Below, in pieces: positions 52,948-64,000 of a stretch of DNA of 64,000 bases. The number at the start of each line of letters is the position of its first letter. Positions within the stretch are counted from its first letter, which is position 1. The stretch comes from Hypanus sabinus (taxonomy: Eukaryota), in contig NC_082712.1 in assembly GCF_030144855.1 (NCBI RefSeq), positions 137,206,001 to 137,270,000 of the forward strand. The letters run 5' to 3'. A program made the translations under genes and the position numbers. Below the pieces are notes generated by a model that did no database searches, was not told the DNA's origin, and saw nothing but the letters and a program-made list of their open reading frames with translations.

Positions 52948-53426
52948 TACGAGGAATGATTGATATGTTCATGGCCTATGGTAGAAGGAGTCCATTCTAG
53001 AAAACCTGGCACATTTATTTTTCCTACATTTACACACTTAGTCCAGTGGTCGTGGAGCACATGGATCCCTTCTTTCTAGAGGTCGGTGTCTTGGACCTCC
53101 AGATGATTGATAAGTTTGTGGCCTAATGTAAAAGGAGATTAATTGTACCGCTCTTGTTACATGCACGTGCAGTTCAACTCTTTGAGTGATTGTGCAGAAA
53201 GTTTTAAGTTAATAACTCATCTCCTTCTACCTTCGGCCACGAACTTATCAATTACCCCATGCTGTCGACCACTTCTAGTGGTCCAAGACAGCGACTTCAG
53301 CAAAGAAGGGATCCGTATGCTCCACGACCGCTGGACTAAGTGTGTAGATGTAGGAAAAATAAATGTGCCAGGTTTTCTAAATTTGACTCCTACCTTAGGC
53401 CACAAACTTATCAATCATCCCTCATA
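52948..53426. mobile_element. Mariner-derived MITE
   Basis: TA-flanked TIRs (tacgaggaatgattgata / tatcaatcatccctcata); arms encode the mariner transposase C-terminus GIRMLHDRWTKCV. Confidence 0.8.
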
Positions 53427-53654
53427 ATTTTTCCTCCTCTAAACTTAAACCTATGCTCTGTAGTTTTAGACTCCCCTAACCAGGACAATGGGTTTATCCA
53501 AGCCCCTTGAGTTATAAAGTCAAAATTCAGACTCGTCACTCCAGGGAAAACAGTTCCAGCTTCTACAGCCTCTCCTAATGAAATTTCTCCAGTCTTAGCG
53601 ATCTTTGCAAATTCTTTTGGTGCTGTTTCTTGGTTATCATATACCTGCTATAGC

Positions 53655-54255
53655 ATGGCAAACATAGAACACTACAGCACAGAAACAGGCCTTTTGGCCC
53701 TTCTTGGCTGTGCTGAACCATCTTTCTGCCTAGTTCCAGTGACCTGCACTTGGACCATATCCCTCCATACACCTCTCATCCATGTACCTGTCCAAGTTTT
53801 CCTTTAATGTTAAAAGTGAGCACACATTTACCACTTCATCTGGCAGTTCATTCCACACTCCCACCACTCACTGTGTTAAGAAACTCTCCCCAATGTTCCC
53901 TTTAAACTTTTCCCCCTTCACCCTTAACCCATGACCTCTGTTTTTTCCCCCCCTAGACTCAGTGGAAAAAGCCTGCTTGCTTTCACTCTATCTATACCCA
54001 TCATAATTTTATATACCTCCATCAAATCTCCCCTCATTCTTCTACGCTCCAGGGAATAAAGTCCTAACCTATTCAACCTTTCTCTGTAACTCAGTTTCTC
54101 AAGTCCCAGCAACATCCTTGTAAACCTTCTCTGCAACCTTTCAACCTTATTAATATCCTTCCTGTAATTTGGTGACCAAAACTGCACACAATACTCCAAA
54201 TCCGGCCTCACCAATGCCTTATGCAACCTCACCATTACATTCCAACTCTTATACT
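53655..54255 (-). mobile_element. CR1 3' end
   Basis: LVRPDLEYCVQFWSP...LERRRMRGDL and the catagaacactacagcacag tail. Confidence 0.9.
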
Positions 54256-55016
54256 AGATGGCACACAAGTTCCAGGAGCAGTCTCACTAATATTTTGTAA
54301 AGATGCAACAGGGCATCAGAACTCATGTGCTGAAGTAAGGCATGCCCAATGCATTCTTTGTCATATAGTATACCAGTATATCCGTATATCAGATATAGTA
54401 TACCTGTCAGGGAACTACTTTATGTACTCATACCTCTACGCCTCTCTATTCCACAACACTCCCCAGGGCGCTGTCATTCACTGTGCATGTACTGCACTGA
54501 TTTACCTTTCCAAAATTCATTACCTCAGACTTCAAACATGAAACGTGAAACATACTGTAGAACACCACAGCACAGAGATGTTGTACCAATGTTGTAAACT
54601 ATTCTAAGATCAATCTAACCCTTCCCTCCCCCATAGCTCTCCATTTCCCTGTAATCCATATGCTTACCTAAGAGTTGCTTAAATTGCCTTAATGTACCTG
54701 ATTCTACTACTGTTATGTTTTGTAATTCCAAACAACGAAAGGATTTTTATTCCCTCATGTTGTGGGACGGATGTAAGATATAAACAAACAAATAAATAAA
54801 CAAAATACTAATTGAAAGACAAGCAAGGGCACTTGAGAGATGTGTGTAAACTTTACCTAGTTAAATTCCACCTGGCTTTCCTTTGCCCATTTTGCTAGTT
54901 GGTTAAGTTCCTGAGATCATCTTAGACAAGCTTCATTACTGTCTACTACACTAATTTTGGTGTCACCCACAAACTTACTAACTGTGCCACCTATCTTCTC
55001 ATCTAAATCATTAATA

Positions 55017-55573
55017 TACATTCAGTGGCCACTTTACCAGGTATCTCCTGTACCTAATAAGCTGACCACTGAGTGTCTGTTCATGGTCTTCTGCTGCTGT
55101 AGCCCATCCTCTTCATGGTTTGAATTGTTGTGCATGCAGAGATAACTTTCTGCACACCACTTTTGTAATGTGTGATTATTTGAGTTACTGTCGCCTTCCT
55201 GTCAGTTTGAACCTGTCTAGCCATTCTCCTTTAACCTCTCTCATTATCAAGGTGTTCCCACCCACACAAATACCACTCACTGGATGATTGTTTGACTTCA
55301 TACCATTCTATGTAAAGTTTAGAAACTGCTGTGCATGAAAATCAGGAAAGATCAGCAGTTTCAGAGATACTGGAACTACCCCATCTGGCATGAATAATTA
55401 TTCCACTGCCAAAGTCACTTAGGTCACATTTCTTTACCATTTTGATGTTTGGTCTGAACAACAACTGGACACTTTGACTATGTCTGCATGTTTTTATGCA
55501 TTGTGCTGCTGGCACATGATTGCATTAGTGAGCAGGTGTACAGGTCTACCTAATAAAATGACAACTAAATGTA
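55017..55573. mobile_element. Tc1-like non-autonomous element
   Basis: TA-flanked degenerate TIRs cattcagtggccacttta..aggta / tacctaataaaatgacaactaaatg. Confidence 0.7.
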
Positions 55574-56932
55574 TTCAACAAATAGCAGAGGACACAGCCA
55601 TCAATCTCTCAGCGTACAACTGGTCATACCAACTTATAGAAACCAAAATGGAATGAGTTTTATCAATACTATTTTGAAATAATAAACTTACACTGTCCTA
55701 CAAGCGTCAATAATCCTGAATTTTTATTTAAAACAACATTTGCATCAGGATGAAGACTTTTCTCAGGTGAAAATTCCCCAGCTCCAAATTTAAGGTTAAC
55801 TTGCAGAATGCCACTTTTTTTCACTCGCATTCTAGTACAAAACCTCATCATGCTAGTAAACTACAAGCACCGAGATCACAATATTTGCTATCATAACTCA
55901 GGGAGTCAGGTACTTTGACATTGACAATTACAGCACTGTGTAAGACATGTCAGGCAAGAGACGGGCAATTTGAACAAGGCCAAGAATAATCTTTTATATG
56001 GAAGCATGAAAAGGAAGAGGAATACTGGCTAAGGTACATCCAGAACACTTGCTGCTGATTTGGAAGAGTTTCTTGGGAAGGTCAGGTTTTTACCAACGAA
56101 GACCACTTCAGTTCCATGCACTTTCATTACACACTGAAATTCTACCTATTGTTCACTTACTCGACACCAAGAAATATTTATCATTGACTAATCCTCAACC
56201 ATTTAAGTACTATAGAGTTAAAAAAATTAGTAAGAAAAGATAGTGACATTATTACAGTACACATTAAAAGGTACCTTTATGATTATGCATTATTAAGCAA
56301 TACTTTTACATTAGTAATTATTAAAGGAAAAAGGGAAATGTACAGAGAAGATATACATTCATTTTTACGCATACATTCATGTATGCATACATTTAAGATT
56401 CTGAAAAGTGTAAATTAAATAATTCTGAACCAATGACTGGAATTATAAGCAACACAACTGACATAGAGATCAAATTCCACCATTTGTATGATTTTCTTAC
56501 GTATAACACAGATTTTGAATTTGGTAACAATACAGCATGGATTTGTTGATATAATACAAGATATATTTGCCTGAAATTGTATACAAAGTGTGGTATAAGG
56601 AAGAGGAAGGAGATTGTGAAAGCATAAACTACCTCTCTTGTTTATAATACCTATATTTTGATGAGATTTTCAGAATCCTTAAACATAGTTTAATGGTGCC
56701 TTGAAATAGTTGGAAACTTTTTTTAATAGTTTTTAATTAATAATATCTGAAATCTTTAAAATTTTGATAAATCACTAAGATCGACGCATACTGTGCCAAA
56801 AAGCAGGTTTTACAAGTGCTTTGGAAAACCGGCCTAAATGAAAGCAGCAATTCATGATCCACATTTGATTGTCCAGCCTAACGATGTTTTTTAACTTTGA
56901 CCCAAGAAAATGCAAAACTTCTGGCATCTTAC

Positions 56933-56984
56933 CTGAATATAAAATGGAAGACATCAAAAGGGCAGACAGAGTTAAGATTCCCAT
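56933..56984 (-). CDS. NCR3LG1: B7-H6-like gene exon 1: signal peptide
   Basis: ATG...MGILTLSALLMSSILYS g|GTAAGA, 52 nt, phase 1; joins the V exon as S-G-ALEV. Confidence 0.85.
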
Positions 56985-57052
56985 TATTAAAATAGAAGGT
57001 TTTCTTTCCTGTGCAGCCCGTTCTTGCAGACCTTTAGTTTCAAAAGCTTCTT

Positions 57053-57064
57053 AGTTTCACTTTC
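57053..57064 (-). promoter_or_regulatory. ISRE / IRF-binding element
   Basis: AGTTTCACTTTC (GAAAGTGAAACT) is a consensus match, 69-80 nt upstream of the ATG. Confidence 0.7.
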
Positions 57065-57509
57065 ATCATTTCTGCACTTTAGCTTGTGGACTATAGACTG
57101 AAGCAATACATCAATGAAGTCTGAAAGATATTTTATTCGTGGAGACATCAAAATGGTAAGGTTTTTCTGACTGATTTCTGTCAGATTGTAAATATCTACA
57201 CAACAATTCTTTAAACCACCCTCTAGAGATATTTCTGGAATGATGCCCACATTCCTCAATACAGCTGAACTTTCTTTGCCTCAGTTTGGTAGATACAGAA
57301 TCACTTATTAACACTGAAAGAAAACATGTTCGGGCAGGGCAGGCAACACTGAATATTGAGAATTGCCCTTTTTTTTGCTGATGATTACACATACTGACAT
57401 TCACCAATTTAAGCAATCTGTAAGTTTGCTCATCACACCACTGCCAAAGGAAAAGTGGTAATGAATTGGCATGTAGGAAGGAGATTGAAAATCTGGCTTT
57501 ATAGTGCCA

Positions 57510-58150
57510 CAACAACCTCTCTCGCAACATCAGCAAAACCGAATGGTTGATTATTGACTGCGGGAGGAAGAAATTGGAGGTTCATGTTTCAGTTCTCATT
57601 AGGAGATCAAGGGTAGAGAGGGTCAGTAACTTTAAATTTCTGGGTGATACCATATCAGAGGATTTGCTCTGGGATCACCACATAAGTACCATTGCAAAGA
57701 AGGCATGACGGTGCCTCTAGTTTCTTAGAAATTTTTTCAGATTCAGTATGTCATCGAAAACTTCAACAAACATCTATAGATGTACAGTGAAGAGTATCCT
57801 AGCTGGTTGCATAAAGGTCTGGATTGGAAACACCAATGCCTGCCCAATTACAGAAAAGCCTACAAAAAGTAGTAGATACAGCCCAGTCCATCTCAGGCAA
57901 AACCCTCCATACCACTGAGCACATCTACAAGGATCGCTGCACCTCCACCAGCCAAACTATGTTCTCTTCTCGTGACTGACATCGGGAAGGAGGTACAGGA
58001 GCTTAGGTCCCACTCTACCAGGTTATTACCCTTTAGCCATCAGGCTCCTGAGCTAGTGTGAATAACCTCAACACTATACAGATGTCACAACCGATGGATA
58101 CATTTTCAAGGACTCTACAATTCATGTTCACAGTATTACTTATATATCTG
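57510..58150 (+). mobile_element. Rex1/Babar-like LINE 3' fragment
   Basis: FKFLG and KTSTNIYRCTVKSILAGCI-like motifs. Confidence 0.75.
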
Positions 58151-58589
58151 TTTATAATTATTGTTATTATATTTTTTCAGAGCTCAAGCTGGTAAAACTT
58201 AAGATATGGGCAGAGCTGAGCACACACATTTCTCAATTGCTCGAAACCTTTGGACTGTTCTAGTGCTGTTTAGTACAATGGCTTTCTAGCTATTTACGTA
58301 AATATTGCTGTGTAGGCCTAATTGTTTAATGCTATTTTGTAGTGAATTTGGATGATACTGGTTGTAGATGTTACAACTGAGACCATGTGTACCCTGTCAT
58401 GTTCCATAGTCTCTCAATTTCAGCATTTAATTCAACATATTTCTGGTATTCTTCACTTATTGATTTCTGTATGTTATGTGAGTTTGGAAATAAGTTGTTT
58501 TTGCTTGTTTATCCTGTTTTTATTTATATATATATATAATTATTATGGATTGTCATTTATGTAATCATGGATTGCTTGTAATATCTAAT

Positions 58590-58740
58590 CGCAAACAAGA
58601 GAAAATGTGCAGATGCTGGAAATCCAGGATGCTGGAGGGTCCTGCCAAAGGGTTTCGGCCCAAAACATCAACTGTACTCTTTTCTATAGATGCTGCCTGG
58701 CCTACTGAGTTCCTCCAGCAATTTGTGTGTGTTTGTAGTT
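58590..58740. mobile_element. Penelope-terminus hairpin fragment
   Basis: Same terminal motif in both orientations. Confidence 0.6.
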
Positions 58741-59829
58741 GTATTTATAATAAGGTATGGTGTCTTTTATGAGTTTGTATATTAAAGCAAGATTTTGGTG
58801 AAAGATGTGCCTGTGTAAGTAATCACATTATGTTAAACTGCTACAGGATCCTGTAGTGCGTTGCATTGTTTCTGGTTTCTCTTGGCATTTTCTGCATTTA
58901 TCATCTTGAATTTGTTGGGTTTTTAATGCATTTTTTTTTAACTTTTTTGTGTGTTAACCACCTGGTCCTATATTGTTACAAGGAACCCCCTCTGTTTCTG
59001 GAAAGCAGTCTTCAACTCTGATCCAGGTGTTTGACACTTCATTGTCAACATCTAGTCCGCTCAGATTGTGGGGATGTCTTCCATTAAAAATCAAGCTCAT
59101 CTAAAGTGATAACTTCTTAATTTTTCTGAGTTGTGCTTTAATTTAAGTTTAATGGCATGTTCTTCTTATCAGAACTGCATATGTTTGCATGGAGTGTAGA
59201 ATTCTGTTTTTGTTGATGAAAGTATATCCTGAGAAGTTTTATGTAACTGTTGAATAAATGTTTTATGCCTGTTATTCCTCTTCCTCCTCCTGTCCTAGAT
59301 AGTGTTAATCTAAGTGCACTCGAGTGTACATTGTGTTTGTCATTTCAGTTCTTATTTTCCTTTGTAAATTTTCCAGATCGGTTTTGAACCAAGATATAAC
59401 GCCAAAGGAATATGTTAATATGGGTATATTGAAAGTGTTTATTGCCTTTGTTATATTTTTTCTATTGAGCTCTGTTTGGCAGATTTTCTTCAGCCTGATG
59501 TAAGTTCTTTTGTAAGTTTCCCTTTTATTTCAATATGATCTATTTACTTTACTTGTTGATATCCCAGATACTTGCATGTTTCACATTCATCCATTGGCTG
59601 TACTGTATCCTGCTGCTCTGTTTTATATTCCACCAGCCCTATTGCACCTTTCTTTATGTTTAAGTATAAAGTTCATGTTGATATCTTTAGTTCTACTCTT
59701 TGAATTAATTGCTTTAGATTTACTGATAAAGGAGCATATAATTTCAAATGGTCTATGTACACTAGTTGTGTCAAGGTATAATTCATTTAGTTGTCTCTAT
59801 TTTCATTCAATTCAGTAATGTACCATGTA

Positions 59830-62340
59830 CCAGGTCAACCATGGATTACCGCAGGTCCTCTTTTGGAGCCCTTCTGAGCCCCAGAAGGACCCAGAGGTAG
59901 TGATCATGATCAGTCAGAGAAGCCTTTAAAAAGCGGTGAAACTGCTCACTTCAGCCATTGGACTGCAGGTGATACAGCATAGTGTGATGTAGCCTAACAC
60001 CAAGATTCTGGGCCATTGCAGTCCAGAGGCAGGTGTAAATTGGGGATTGATTACGGTCAGAGGAAAAATCAGATGGATTGTCAAACTGAGCAACCCAGGT
60101 GCTGATGAATGCCCGAGCCATGTCAGTGGCCTTCCTCAATGCTAGAGGGATGACTTTGGGCCACCTAGTGGTACTGTCCACCACGATAAGGGGGTGCATT
60201 ACACCATGAGAAGGGGGAAGAGGACCAACCAAGTCCACACTGACATGATCAACCATTGCTCAGGGATCTGTTGGTGCCAATGGTGCTAGAACACAATGGC
60301 TAATTTTCACCTGCTGGCATTCAACACAGGCTGCACTCCAATCACACACATCCTTTCTAAGGCTGTGCCACACTACATTTTGTGCAACCAGTTCCTTTAC
60401 GGCCTTCCAGCCTGGATGCAAGATGCCGTGAATGGAGTTAAAAACAGTACATCTCCAATCTGTGGACACTACGGGGCAAGGGCAACTGGCTGAGACATCG
60501 CACAGGAGAGAAGCCCCAGCTTCCCCGAACTTTATGTCAGCCAACCACAGGCCCATGCCTGCTGTTCAGTAAGTCTGAATCACTGGATTGGCTGCTATGC
60601 AGGCATGGTCAACCCCTGTGTATATGACCTCAATGGCTAGCCGTGAAAGCCAATCAGACTCGGCATTATGTCTCCCCTTGAGGTTAGCTGTGAACTCCGA
60701 TATGGAGGCCAGGAGGTCTGATATTTTGGCCAACACATACACAAGGGGTTTGTGACCAACGAAAACTGTGAAATGGCAACGCTCTGGTAAAATACAAAAC
60801 CGGTGAACAGCCAGGTGGAGACTGAAAAGCTTATGGTCAAACTTTCTGTACTTCCTTTCAGAGGGACAGAGCTGCTGGCCGAAGAAGGTGAGCAGCTGCC
60901 ACATTCCTCCAAGCAACTGATCGTGCACAGCATGCTCTGAAGCATCAAGAGTAATGGCTATAGATGCATTGGAGAGCAGGTGTGTTGGTAGGGTCACATT
61001 GGAAAGAGCTTGCTTGCTGTCATCAAATGCTCTGGTCATGTCCACTGACCAGTCAACCACGTGATTAGGGGTTTTGCCATTAAGGGAACTATACAAGACA
61101 AGCACAAGTTCATCAGGTTGTGGAATAAACCAGTGATAGAAATTCACCATAGCTAAGAACTCTTGTAGTTTTTTAGCAGTGCAGGACGGTGGAAAATCCA
61201 TAATAGCAATGACTTTGGATGGGAGGAGTTTTGCACCTTCTGTGGAGATACGATGGCTGAGAAAGCCAATGGTTGACACCCCAGACTGGCATTCAGTAGG
61301 ATTGATAATCAACCTGTGTTGGTTTAAGTGCTCTAAAAGTGTGTGGGGATGAAATGTGCATTCAAATACAGACGCACTGGCGACAAGTATGTAATCCAAG
61401 TAAACAAAAGGAAAATCTAAGTCTTTTAATGGAGTCCATCAGCCATTGGAAAGTCTCTGCTGCATTTTTCAGCTCAAATGGCATGTGCAGAATCTCAAAG
61501 AGGCCAAATAGGATTATCATAGCCATTTTGGGAATGTTCTCTAGACACACCGGCACCTGATGGTAGCCCCGAACTAACTCAACTTTAGATAAAAAAAATA
61601 ATTTTCTGGATAAGTATGCCAAAATGTCTTGGATGAGTGGGACTGGCTGACGGGGGTGATCGGGGATGGTGGCCTCATTAAGGTGTCAGTAATTGCCACA
61701 TGGGCAACCACCATCGGGCTTAAGGACTATGTGGAGGGGGTGAAGCGTGCATAGAATGCCAAGTCATTCCACGTTGGCAAACTCAACCTTTATGGTGGCC
61801 AGTTTTTCCGGGTCCAGTTAACACACCCGGACATGGATCGATGGGGCAGTTGCGGGAATGGAGTACTTGACCCCCCTTGTTTTGTGACTATAGTTGAGAA
61901 TGAGGGCCTGGTGAGGTTTGGGAATTCGGCCAGAAGTCAAATGAACTCATATGTGGTACTGCATGCACTTGGCAGAATTGTTGTGGGGAACTTACTGGGA
62001 GAACAGGGTAACGACCCTAAGCCTTGACATCCACAGGTCAGCAGTTCTTAAAATCAGCCAGCAGTCTTTCTGCACACAGGAAATCTGCGCTGTGGAAAGC
62101 AGACGCCTAGCCAGTTCAGCCAGGATGAAGTCCAATGTATAACGTCGCCTGCTGAAGCAGTGTCACACATCATGTCCCGTAAATCTGGATCCTGCTGCCG
62201 TTGGCGGACTCCAATGAGATTTTATCACACATCGTCTTCTAATCAGTAGGTGAAGCTGGCAGCACACTCACTTGAGCACCCGTATCACACAAGGAGCATT
62301 GGCCTGAAAGGGTATCTGTAATGAACAGGTGTTCTTTACA
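59830..62340 (-). mobile_element. Ty3/Gypsy pol remnant (PR-RT-RH-IN)
   Basis: CDTGAQVSVLP protease; RT (GYHQVPV, FGLFE, MPF.LKNAAETFQ); RNase H (DAS, DHKPL-like); HHCC zinc finger and integrase core (HVSVDLVGPLP). No LTRs recognised. Confidence 0.9.
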
Positions 62341-63289
62341 TCTTTTCATATCCTTATAGCATCTTTTCTGCTCTTCTGTAAGTATGGTGTGGTTATCTAT
62401 GTGAATGGGGATTGATGGAAAGATGCATGGTTTGTAAACAAGTAATAGGGCAATACTTTGATGGGTCATTTGTGATTTGTCCTTTAGGTAAGAGATATGT
62501 TTTCGTTGGGTCAGTGACCACGTATTCTATTAGTGTGCTGTTAAATGTTTGGATAATTGTGACTGTTAGCTCCACTTTGTCATCAGCATTCTGCAGAGGC
62601 TCTGTATTTGTGTCGTTGCTATTACCATCAAGCTGTGCAGCAGTTGCTGAAGTATTTATATTTTCATCAATGCTCCGGAGGCAAGCGTGGCATCTTCATT
62701 ATTTTCTTGTATAGTATTGTTGTGGTCCTTAGGTTGGTTTCTTTCTTGTGTTACTTCATATTTTATTTGCTTTAATATTTATTTGTTTATTGTTTATCCC
62801 AATACAGTGTGGAATAGGCCCTTCTGACCCTTGTGCCACATTGCCCAGCAACTCCCCCAAATTTAATCCTCACAGTCATGGGGAGAACATACAAACTCCA
62901 GAACTGAACCTGCGTGCTTGTACAGTAAAGCACTGTGCAACCCTAAGGACTAAGATAAGTTCCATTACTCAATAATGTATGGGCATTATGAATGGAGTTA
63001 CTTCCAATGAGCATTTCATGAATGTCTTTCTTCTCATAACTGCTTGAGTGGTCTCAGTTTTCAGTGTACAGCTCCCCTGCGAAACGCCTGCAGTATTTGC
63101 AGCCTGTGGTGTTGGTTGGCTACTTTGGTTGTATCTTTATCAGTTTCCCGGTGCCTGTTCAGCAGTTTACTTACTGCCACGCCCAGTGCTGGCTCCTGAC
63201 GTGCACTGGAAATCACCAGGCAATGCCTGTATTACTCAATTCTGTAGACATCTCTCCAGTTCTAAAGTGAAAGGGTATAGCCTTTTATA

Positions 63290-63540
63290 CCTACAGCCAG
63301 GTTTTCATTTCAGCCATCCCTAACATGGAGAACAGATGCTGACCAATATTGTTATTATTATTTTGTATTTGCAGAGTTTGTCTTCTTTTGCTCATTGGTT
63401 GTTTGTCAGACTTTGTGTGAAGTTCTTCACTGATAATACTGTATTTCTTTGGTCGACTGTGAACGTCTGCAAGAAAATGGATTTCAGAGTGGTATATGGT
63501 GATGTATAGGATCTTTGTTAATAAATTTACTTTAAACTTG
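63290..63540 (+). mobile_element. LINE 3' UTR fragment
   Basis: Ends aataaatttactttaaactt; same family as 31600-31880. Confidence 0.55.
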
Positions 63541-64000
63541 GAATAATTTTCTCCAGACCAAGTATTAAATGTAGCTGATATCAATAGTGAAATATGGAAG
63601 CATTGGCAATAAGAGAAGGCCAGTTAGCCCTTTAAGCATGTTTTACTAGTCAATGTAATCAAGGCTGATCATCCAAATCCAGTACTCTGCTTCTTGTTTT
63701 CCCCATATACCTTGACTTTGTTATTCAAATATATTTCTTAAATGCATTTGAGGATTGAGCTCCACTGTCTTCTGTAGCAGAGAATTTCATGGGCACACAT
63801 CCCTTTGGGTGAAGAAATCGCTTCAAACCAGTCCAAAATGGCACCCCCATGACTTTGCACTCTGAACTCTTACTGTAGCCTTCCTCATAATCAGGAACAC
63901 ATTTCCTGCATGGAATCTGTCATTCCTATCAGGATTCTGTAAGTTTCAATGAGTGCTCTACTCATTCTAAACTGTAGTGCATATAAACTCAGGTGTCTTA

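Noticed and set aside
55692-55715. 24-nt phase 1-1 micro-exon (GLLTLVGQ) with GTAAGT donor between leader and V exons
   Set aside because: The acceptor lacks a pyrimidine tract (aaataaaaattcag), and the leader already joins V in frame as a complete signal peptide. Cannot be excluded without cDNA.
57231-57240. GAS/STAT site
   Set aside because: TTC-N2-GAA spacing, not the canonical N3.
56987-57536. Minus-strand ORFs upstream of the leader
   Set aside because: No domain similarity; they span the presumed promoter/5' UTR and a LINE edge.

Overview
Eukaryotic, vertebrate DNA, most likely a cartilaginous fish (inferred from the CR1, Rex1/Babar, RTE, L1-like, Penelope, V-SINE, Tc1/mariner and Gypsy content). 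One spliced minus-strand gene can be assembled by hand, and every junction is GT-AG and phase 1: leader 56984-56933, IgV 50356-50018, IgC1 45114-44833, TM 40370-40269, a 93-nt cytoplasmic exon 31425-31333 and a 414-nt post-TM Ig-like exon 27445-27032. The V-C1 part resembles B7-H6/NCR3LG1, and a consensus ISRE lies about 70 nt upstream of the ATG. Directly downstream (1-23749, continuing off the left edge) is a ~1566-bp tandem array of 16 near-identical units. The ORF-track proteins in the array look spurious, but each unit carries, on the gene's strand, three small acidic mini-exons: a (90 nt, phase 1-1), b (42 nt, phase 1-1) and c (phase-1 acceptor, 41 codons, then stop, no usable donor). 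This suggests an immune-ligand tail whose length could be set by array copy number and by the choice of terminal exon. The use of these exons in mRNA is inferred, not shown, and a competing terminal exon at 26911-26823 could end the gene before the array. The remainder is intronic or flanking transposon debris. TE boundaries without a stated TSD are approximate.
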